Below are positions 15,473 to 21,433 of a stretch of DNA of 21,433 nt, in pieces. The stretch is from a bacterium (lineage in GTDB: Bacteria > Zhuqueibacterota > Zhuqueibacteria > Oceanimicrobiales > Oceanimicrobiaceae). Location of the stretch: assembly GCA_046758365.1 (NCBI GenBank), contig JBHIAC010000043.1:1-21433 (forward strand). Reading direction: 5' to 3'. The position numbers were made by a program, and so were the translations under genes. Within the stretch, counting starts at the first letter, position 1. Every line of letters begins with the position of its first letter. The notes beneath the pieces were generated by a model that searched no databases, was not told the DNA's origin, and saw only the letters and a program-made list of their open reading frames with translations.

Positions 15473-16780
15473 ATGGCAAAATCAAATTACAAAGCTTCTT
15501 TTTACACCCTCGGATGCCGTTTAAATCAGGCAGAGACAGCGCTTATTTGTAACAGCTTCAAAGATAAAGGTTATCAAATTGTCGAATTTGGTCAGCCCAC
15601 GGATGTATGTGTGATTAATACCTGTACCGTAACCGAACAGGCCGATGCCAAATGCCGACAATTAGTGCGGCAGGTGTTGCGGCGTTCGCCAGAAGCTTTT
15701 GTAGCGGTGGTGGGTTGCTACGCTCAGTTAGGAACAGAAGCACTCAAGAAAATCAAAGGCGTCGATTTGATTGTAGGCACGGAAGAGAAGATGCAGGTTA
15801 CGGATTTTATCGATATCCCTCAGAAATTACCAGAACCACGGGTTCAAAGAAGTAGAATTAAGAAGACGCCTTTTTCTATCCGTTCAATAGGTAATTATGA
15901 GATTGCCACTCGGGCGAATTTAAAAGTGCAGGATGGCTGTGATTTCATGTGCACCTTTTGTGTTATTCCTTTTGCGCGAGGTCGAGGCCGGAGTCGAGCT
16001 TTTTGGGACATTCAGCGAGAAGCCATAGAATTGGTGGAACGCGGACATAAAGAGTTAATGCTCAGTGGAGTTAATATCGGGACTTATGAGTATGAAGGTA
16101 AAAGGCTACTGGATATCATTAAAATGCTTGAGACTATCGAAGGGCTGGAGCGTATCCGCATTAGCTCTATCGAGCCAACCACCATCCCGGAAACGCTCAT
16201 ACAATATATGGCCGAATCCGAAAAACTCTGCAACCATTTACACATTCCTATTCAAAGCGGTGATGATTCGTTATTGAAAAAGATGCGAAGACTTTATAAT
16301 GTATCTGATTATGTGGATTTTTTAGAGATGGTGGTTAAGCGTATTCCAGAGGTTTGTTTAGGTACTGATGTTATGGTAGGATTTCCGGGTGAGGGTGAGG
16401 CTGAATTTAAAAATACTCAGAGTCTTTTACAAGAACTGCCTTTTGCCTATTTTCATGTGTTTCCATTTTCGGAACGTGCTGGTACGCCTGCCGTTAAAAT
16501 GAAAGATAAAGTTGATTTTAATGCGAAAAGAGAACGCAGTCAAATTTTGAGAAAGCTGTCCAGTCAAAAGCGAAGATCCTTTTATGAGCAGCAAGTAGGC
16601 AAAACTGTTCGGGTGTTAATGGAGGAAAGGAACGAATCCGGATTATTTCAAGGATTCACGGATAACTATGTAAAGGTTGGTATTTCAACAGAATCAAATA
16701 TTTCAAACCAGTTTGTTAATGTAGCCATTCGGAAGGTGATTAATGAAAATTTAACGGTAGGAACAATTGGGATAAATTAA
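15473..16780 (+). CDS. mtaB: tRNA t6A37 methylthiotransferase MtaB
   Basis: TLGCRLNQAE, INTCTVTEQAD.K, GCYAQ, TRANLKVQDGCDFMCTFC, RISSIEP, HVFPFSERAGT and G.TDNY motifs. Start moved to ATG 15473. Confidence 0.93.
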   Translation: MAKSNYKASFYTLGCRLNQAETALICNSFKDKGYQIVEFGQPTDVCVINTCTVTEQADAKCRQLVRQVLRRSPEAFVAVVGCYAQLGTEALKKIKGVDLIVGTEEKMQVTDFIDIPQKLPEPRVQRSRIKKTPFSIRSIGNYEIATRANLKVQDGCDFMCTFCVIPFARGRGRSRAFWDIQREAIELVERGHKELMLSGVNIGTYEYEGKRLLDIIKMLETIEGLERIRISSIEPTTIPETLIQYMAESEKLCNHLHIPIQSGDDSLLKKMRRLYNVSDYVDFLEMVVKRIPEVCLGTDVMVGFPGEGEAEFKNTQSLLQELPFAYFHVFPFSERAGTPAVKMKDKVDFNAKRERSQILRKLSSQKRRSFYEQQVGKTVRVLMEERNESGLFQGFTDNYVKVGISTESNISNQFVNVAIRKVINENLTVGTIGIN

Positions 16781-16786
16781 ATTTAT

Positions 16787-16815
16787 TTGCTTTTTATCGT
16801 TTTGCTGTTTAAATT
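16787..16815 (+). promoter_or_regulatory. Candidate sigma70 promoter for the HEPN module
   Basis: TTGCTT-17 nt-TAAATT immediately after the mtaB stop. Confidence 0.45.
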
Positions 16816-16882
16816 GGAATATAGTGTTACACTTCAAAATTTATTACTATTATCGAACAGATAATAAAAGATGAGCTATTAA

Positions 16883-17263
16883 TTGGAAGCGGAAGTTTAT
16901 TTAACCAAAGCAGAAAATTCCTTGAAAGCTGCACAGCTTTGTTATGAAAATGGCTTGTTCGATGATGCCGTGAGTCGGGCGTATTATTCAATATTACGCG
17001 CTTCTATCGCTTTGTTAGTTAATTTAGGATTCGTTCCTGAGACAAAACGCATTCATCATTGGGTTCAGGCAGTGTTCCCAAGAGAATGCGTTAGACGTAG
17101 AAAAATTGTTCCGAAGGAATTAGTTGCTTATTTTACAGAATTACACAATGAACGAGATATAGCTGATTACCAAACGAAGTTTTTAAGTAAAAAATCAGCA
17201 GAAAAATCAATAAAAAAATCACATATTTTTATTTCAGTGATTCAAAAGGAAGTTAAAAAATGA
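16883..17263 (+). CDS. HEPN domain protein (UPF0332 type)
   Basis: KAENSLKAA..YENG.FDDAVSRAYYS, H..V...F and R.IADY motifs. TTG start. Confidence 0.88.
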   Translation: MEAEVYLTKAENSLKAAQLCYENGLFDDAVSRAYYSILRASIALLVNLGFVPETKRIHHWVQAVFPRECVRRRKIVPKELVAYFTELHNERDIADYQTKFLSKKSAEKSIKKSHIFISVIQKEVKK

Positions 17264-17517
17264 AGAAATCCGAAAAAATAAATCAAGCAACAAATGATAT
17301 AATTATTAAAGTAAAAAACAGGTTTCCAAAAGTTCAAGTTAAAGGTGTAATTGATTGGATAAATGCAGATGTAGCAATTGAATTTGTTACCCCAGAAGAC
17401 AATGGGTTTGAAATTTCGGAATTTACAGCACCCCTTCAAATGAAATACTTTGAGGAAGAAGGGATTGATATTCGAGTTTTACCTTTAGAAGAGATTGATG
17501 GTGATTTTGAAAAGTAA
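17260..17517 (+). CDS. Small acidic partner of the HEPN protein; possible degenerate MNT fold
   Basis: ATGA overlap with the HEPN stop. Helix-FP-strand-'ADVAI'-strand-helix-'GIDIRVLP' pattern like MNTs, but lacking GS and a full DxD. Confidence 0.6.
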   Translation: MKKSEKINQATNDIIIKVKNRFPKVQVKGVIDWINADVAIEFVTPEDNGFEISEFTAPLQMKYFEEEGIDIRVLPLEEIDGDFEK

Positions 17518-17525
17518 TTAATGAC

Positions 17526-17541
17526 GTAGGTGCAAGGCACC
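17526..17541 (+). repeat. Short GTAG-led hairpin, REP-like remnant
   Basis: GTAGGTGCAAGGCACC: GTAG tetranucleotide plus a GGTGC-AAG-GCACC stem. Confidence 0.35.
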
Positions 17542-17569
17542 AACATCATAAATACAACCGAAAAAAACT

Positions 17570-18898
17570 ATGAAAAAAGTCTACATCGAAACCTACGGCT
17601 GTCAAATGAACGAATACGATACCGAACTCATCCGTTCTATTCTAAAAGCCAATAATTATGAATTCACCGAGTCTGAAAGAGATGCTGAGGTGATATTTTT
17701 TAACACGTGTGCGATTCGGGAAAATGCTCATTCGAAAGTTTACGGCCGTTTAGGTGAAATTAAACATTTAAAGGATGAGAACCATAGTTTGGTTGTGGGA
17801 CTTCTGGGTTGCATGGCCCAAAACCTGCGTGGTCATTTAAAAACCCATGAGAATTTGGTGGATATCTTTGCTGGGCCCGACAGTTACAAGCGCCTTCCTA
17901 AAATGATTCAATCGGTTTTAGAAAAAGGTCAAAAAGAGTATGATTTTTCTCTCTCAGAATTTGAGGATTACAGCGATGTTTTCCCTGATCACCTATCAGG
18001 CGTCAACGCTTGGATTGCGGTCATGCGAGGTTGCGACAATTTCTGTACTTTTTGTGTAGTGCCTTACACGAGAGGTCGTGAAAGAAGTCGCAGTCCAGAA
18101 AGTGTAGTCGTGGAAGCTGAAATATTAGCTGTAGAAGGATTTAAGCAGATCACCCTTTTAGGCCAGAATGTAAATTCTTATCGTTCAGAAGGCAAAGATT
18201 TTGCTGATTTGATGATTCAGGTTGCTGAATTGGACGGGATAAAACGCATTCGATTTACTTCACCCCATCCCAAAGACTTCCCTGATAAATTTTTACAAGT
18301 CATGGCAGAAAATTCAAAAATTTGCAATCATATCCATCTTCCGCTACAAGCCGGTAATGATCGTATTTTACAGAGGATGGCAAGAACCTATACAAAAAGA
18401 GAGTTTCTTGATCTAGTGAATAAAATACGGAATTCTATTCCCGATGTGACCTTGAGCACAGATGTCATTGTGGGCTTTTCAGCCGAAACCGATGAAGAAT
18501 TTGAAGATACCTGTGAGGTCATGAAAGAAGTAGAATTTGACTCGGCATTCATCTTTAAATATTCAGAACGAAAAAATACCATCGCCTATCGAAAATATCC
18601 TGATGATGTGTCGCCCCACAAAAAAACCGAACGAATTGTAAAGCTTAATGAATTGCAAAAGCAGATTTCCTTGAAAAGAAATAGAGAAGCCATTGGCAAA
18701 ACTTTTGAAATTATGGTGGAAGGGCCGAGTAAGAAAAACGAAAATGATTGGATGGGGCGAACCGAAGGCAATAAAATTGTGATTTTTCCTAAAGGAGAAT
18801 TTAAACCAGGGGATTTAATTCAGGTGGAGATACAGGATGCCACAGCTAATACATTATTTGGCAGGCCAAACTGCAATGGGTTTTTTACCAATAGTTAA
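17570..18898 (+). CDS. miaB: tRNA i6A37 methylthiotransferase MiaB
   Basis: IETYGCQMNEYD, NTCAIRENA, GCMAQ, GPDSY, MRGCDNFCTFCVVPYTRGRERSR, LLGQNVNSY and TSPHPKD motifs, plus a C-terminal TRAM domain. Confidence 0.96.
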   Translation: MKKVYIETYGCQMNEYDTELIRSILKANNYEFTESERDAEVIFFNTCAIRENAHSKVYGRLGEIKHLKDENHSLVVGLLGCMAQNLRGHLKTHENLVDIFAGPDSYKRLPKMIQSVLEKGQKEYDFSLSEFEDYSDVFPDHLSGVNAWIAVMRGCDNFCTFCVVPYTRGRERSRSPESVVVEAEILAVEGFKQITLLGQNVNSYRSEGKDFADLMIQVAELDGIKRIRFTSPHPKDFPDKFLQVMAENSKICNHIHLPLQAGNDRILQRMARTYTKREFLDLVNKIRNSIPDVTLSTDVIVGFSAETDEEFEDTCEVMKEVEFDSAFIFKYSERKNTIAYRKYPDDVSPHKKTERIVKLNELQKQISLKRNREAIGKTFEIMVEGPSKKNENDWMGRTEGNKIVIFPKGEFKPGDLIQVEIQDATANTLFGRPNCNGFFTNS

Positions 18899-18930
18899 AA
18901 ATGTTACATTACGGGGAATTAAAATAAACT

Positions 18931-20100
18931 ATGGCGAAATTTCAAGGCACAGACTTTTATCAAATTAATGAGCTTCTCTCGGACGAAGAGCGTTTAGTAC
19001 GAAAAACCGTACGCGAGTTTGTGGATGAAGAGTTCATGCCCATTATCCGCGATCATTTTCGTAAAGCGGAGTTTCCAACAAAGTTAATTCCCAAAATTGG
19101 TAAGCTGGGCCTTCTGGGGGCCAATCTAACCGGCTACGGATGTGCTGGTTTAAACAATGTAGCTTACGGTCTTATCAATCAGGAATTGGAACGAGGAGAT
19201 AGTGGTCTCAGGAGTTTTGTATCGGTGCAGGGTGGTCTGGTTATGTACCCCATTTGCACTTTTGGTTCAGAAGAGCAAAAACAAACTTGGCTGCCAAAAT
19301 TAGCCAGTGGAGAAGCGGTAGGTTGTTTTGGACTCACGGAATCGGACTTTGGCTCCAATCCTGCGGCAATGCGAACCCGTGCTGAAAAAACCAGAGATGG
19401 ATGGATTTTAAACGGCAACAAAATGTGGATTACCAATGGAACGTTAGCGGATCTGGCGGTCGTGTGGGCAAAAACCGATGAGGGAATTCGTGGATTTTTA
19501 GTAGGAAAAGGCATACCCGGCTATACAGCCAAACCTATTCACGGTAAACTATCGCTACGGGCCTCCGACACTGCAGAATTAATTTTTGAAAACTGCTTCA
19601 TTCCTGAAGAAAATATTTTACCCCAAACTGAAGGATTAAAAAATGCTCTAAAGTGCCTGTCTCAGGCTCGATACAGTATAGCTTGGGGAGTAATCGGGGC
19701 AGCTATGGCGTGTTATGAAGAAGCGTTAAATTATGCTAAAGGTAGAATCCAGTTTGATAATAAGCCGATTGCTTCTCATCAACTGGTGCAGCAAAAGCTG
19801 GTTTATATGCTTGCAGAAATAACTAAAGGTCAGCTTTTAAATCTGCAGTTGGGCAGACTAAAAGACGACAACAAAGCAACCCATGTACAAATATCAATGG
19901 CCAAACGCAACAATGTTTACCATGCCCTTGAAATCGCACGACATGCTAGACAGATTTTAGGAGCAAATGGAATTTTGGATGATTACCATGCTATGCGGCA
20001 CATGTGCAATTTAGAAACGGTAATAACTTATGAAGGGACACACGATATCCATACATTAATTATAGGTGAACATATCACTGGATGTTCTGCATTTTCATGA
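18931..20100 (+). CDS. gcdH: Acyl-CoA dehydrogenase, glutaryl-CoA dehydrogenase subfamily
   Basis: YGLINQELERGDSGLRSFVSVQ, GCFGLTE..FGSNP, KMWITN, KLSLRAS, ISMAKRNN and TYEGTHDIH (catalytic Glu). Confidence 0.88.
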   Translation: MAKFQGTDFYQINELLSDEERLVRKTVREFVDEEFMPIIRDHFRKAEFPTKLIPKIGKLGLLGANLTGYGCAGLNNVAYGLINQELERGDSGLRSFVSVQGGLVMYPICTFGSEEQKQTWLPKLASGEAVGCFGLTESDFGSNPAAMRTRAEKTRDGWILNGNKMWITNGTLADLAVVWAKTDEGIRGFLVGKGIPGYTAKPIHGKLSLRASDTAELIFENCFIPEENILPQTEGLKNALKCLSQARYSIAWGVIGAAMACYEEALNYAKGRIQFDNKPIASHQLVQQKLVYMLAEITKGQLLNLQLGRLKDDNKATHVQISMAKRNNVYHALEIARHARQILGANGILDDYHAMRHMCNLETVITYEGTHDIHTLIIGEHITGCSAFS

Positions 20101-20114
20101 TTGGGATATAAACC

Positions 20115-20522
20115 ATGAACTTATATGATAAAGACGACGGTTTTAAATGCTTTACTCTTGGGGAGGTAAATGCAATTCTACCAAAAATTATTGTAATAAC
20201 AGAAAACACTGTTCACCTTTTAAAGGAAGTGCAAAGAATTTATGAGTCTGAAAAAATAATTGATGAGAATTCCGCACAATCTCAGTTTGAAACAGAATCG
20301 GCGATTATCTTACAAAAATGGACGCAAGACATTGTAGCATTGGGTGTTTATCCGAAAGGCTATTTTACCGTGGATTTCAAATCACCTATTCCTGATACAC
20401 TATTTTGTTGGACTTACGGTGAGGAAGTAATTTCTCACATTCACAAAGTCTATGAAAGCTTTAAAGATCGTGTCCCAATTCAAAATAAAACCACGCTTGG
20501 ATTCGAGCAGTCATTGAATTAG
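20115..20522 (+). CDS. DUF2203 family protein
   Basis: FTL.EVN..LP, a coiled coil, then LGV.PKG...VDF, FCW.YGE..I.H.H and F..R.PI. Confidence 0.8.
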   Translation: MNLYDKDDGFKCFTLGEVNAILPKIIVITENTVHLLKEVQRIYESEKIIDENSAQSQFETESAIILQKWTQDIVALGVYPKGYFTVDFKSPIPDTLFCWTYGEEVISHIHKVYESFKDRVPIQNKTTLGFEQSLN

Positions 20523-20526
20523 TTCC

Positions 20527-21351
20527 ATGTTAAAAAGCATTTTTTTCTCCCTATTTACTCATATCTCAATTGGGTTAATATTTACTATATTGTTCATTTC
20601 GAAAGAAGAAATTGGGAAACTTTATTTTCGAGTCACGACACTCGTGGCTTTTACTTTACTTCTTACAGCGATAGTGGCTCAGACTTTTGGGAAAATTAAT
20701 TTTTTACAATTATTGGCTTTTAATGAAACAAATCAATATACTTTAGAAAGAATAACCTTTCTGCTGTTAATTCTAAGTATCATTTTTATTCTATTGTATA
20801 ATTTGTTTTTACACCGGGTAATTTTATTTATTGTACTCTTGTTGGGAATAATTGCGATAGCAATTAATGCATTATTATATATTGAGACTAAAGGGTATAA
20901 TCCTTTTGAGAAAGCCTTGTTTATTACTAACGCAATTAGTTCAACTCTCATATTAGGTTCGGTATTGGGTGCAATGATTACAGGGCACTGGTATTTGGTT
21001 AAGCATAAGTTAAGTCTGAATCCGTTAAAAAATACTACGTTGATTTACATATTCTCGGTTCTTTTTCGAATCTTTGTAATTGTATTAACTATTTCAATTT
21101 TTTGGAAAATGGAGAAAACTCATATTTTATTAAATATGATTTTTAGTTTAACGACAGATAGTCTATTCTTAATTGGTCGAGTCGTTATTGGATTGATAAT
21201 CCCACTGATATTTGGTATTATGATTTGGGGAACCGTCAAAATACGTTCGACTCAGTCAGCCACTGGAATTTTGTATGCCACAATTATTTTGGTTTTAATT
21301 GGTGAGGCCTTTGCAAAATTTATTTCTAATTCAATTGGCATTCCACTATAA
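20527..21351 (+). CDS. Polytopic (~8 TM) membrane protein, unknown function
   Basis: About eight hydrophobic segments. Conserved-looking AMITGHWYLV...PL and STQSATGILY motifs. Confidence 0.8.
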   Translation: MLKSIFFSLFTHISIGLIFTILFISKEEIGKLYFRVTTLVAFTLLLTAIVAQTFGKINFLQLLAFNETNQYTLERITFLLLILSIIFILLYNLFLHRVILFIVLLLGIIAIAINALLYIETKGYNPFEKALFITNAISSTLILGSVLGAMITGHWYLVKHKLSLNPLKNTTLIYIFSVLFRIFVIVLTISIFWKMEKTHILLNMIFSLTTDSLFLIGRVVIGLIIPLIFGIMIWGTVKIRSTQSATGILYATIILVLIGEAFAKFISNSIGIPL

Positions 21352-21390
21352 ATTCGATGTAGAGATATTACGATGTTAATTTAATTTGTC

Positions 21391-21420
21391 TTGATTTTGA
21401 GCTGTAATGTAATTATATTA
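21391..21420 (+). promoter_or_regulatory. sigma70-like promoter for a gene beyond the window, with a palindromic operator-like site over the -10
   Basis: TTGATT-17 nt-TATATT. TAATGTAATTATATTA is a near palindrome. Confidence 0.5.
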
Positions 21421-21433
21421 TTTCATTAAGTTA

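Overview
AT-rich bacterial chromosomal window. It is probably from a diderm of the FCB/KSB1-Calditrichota type, which is an inference from gene content only. The housekeeping backbone is: the 3' end of a FadN-like beta-oxidation enzyme, a class I aldolase, trxB, nfo, two lipoproteins, a TIGR03960/TIGR03936 radical SAM fusion, an outer-membrane barrel, mtaB, miaB, a glutaryl-CoA-type acyl-CoA dehydrogenase, DUF2203 and a polytopic membrane protein. The most unusual gene is a 1588-aa protein fusing an acyl-CoA ligase, a helical linker, a degenerate protein-kinase-like domain and a C-terminal GNAT acyltransferase. A decayed copy of its last 200 bp (~78% identical) lies 590 bp downstream. Many intergenic gaps contain accessory debris not shown in the ORF track: toxin-antitoxin-type genes or fragments (DUF433/DUF5615, HicB, aspartic protease, MNT, HEPN pair, possible RHH and PemK) and four MITE-like elements. 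One of those MITEs has an 8-bp target duplication and an internal REP-like doublet. No rRNA, tRNA, CRISPR array, transposase, integrase or reverse transcriptase was seen.
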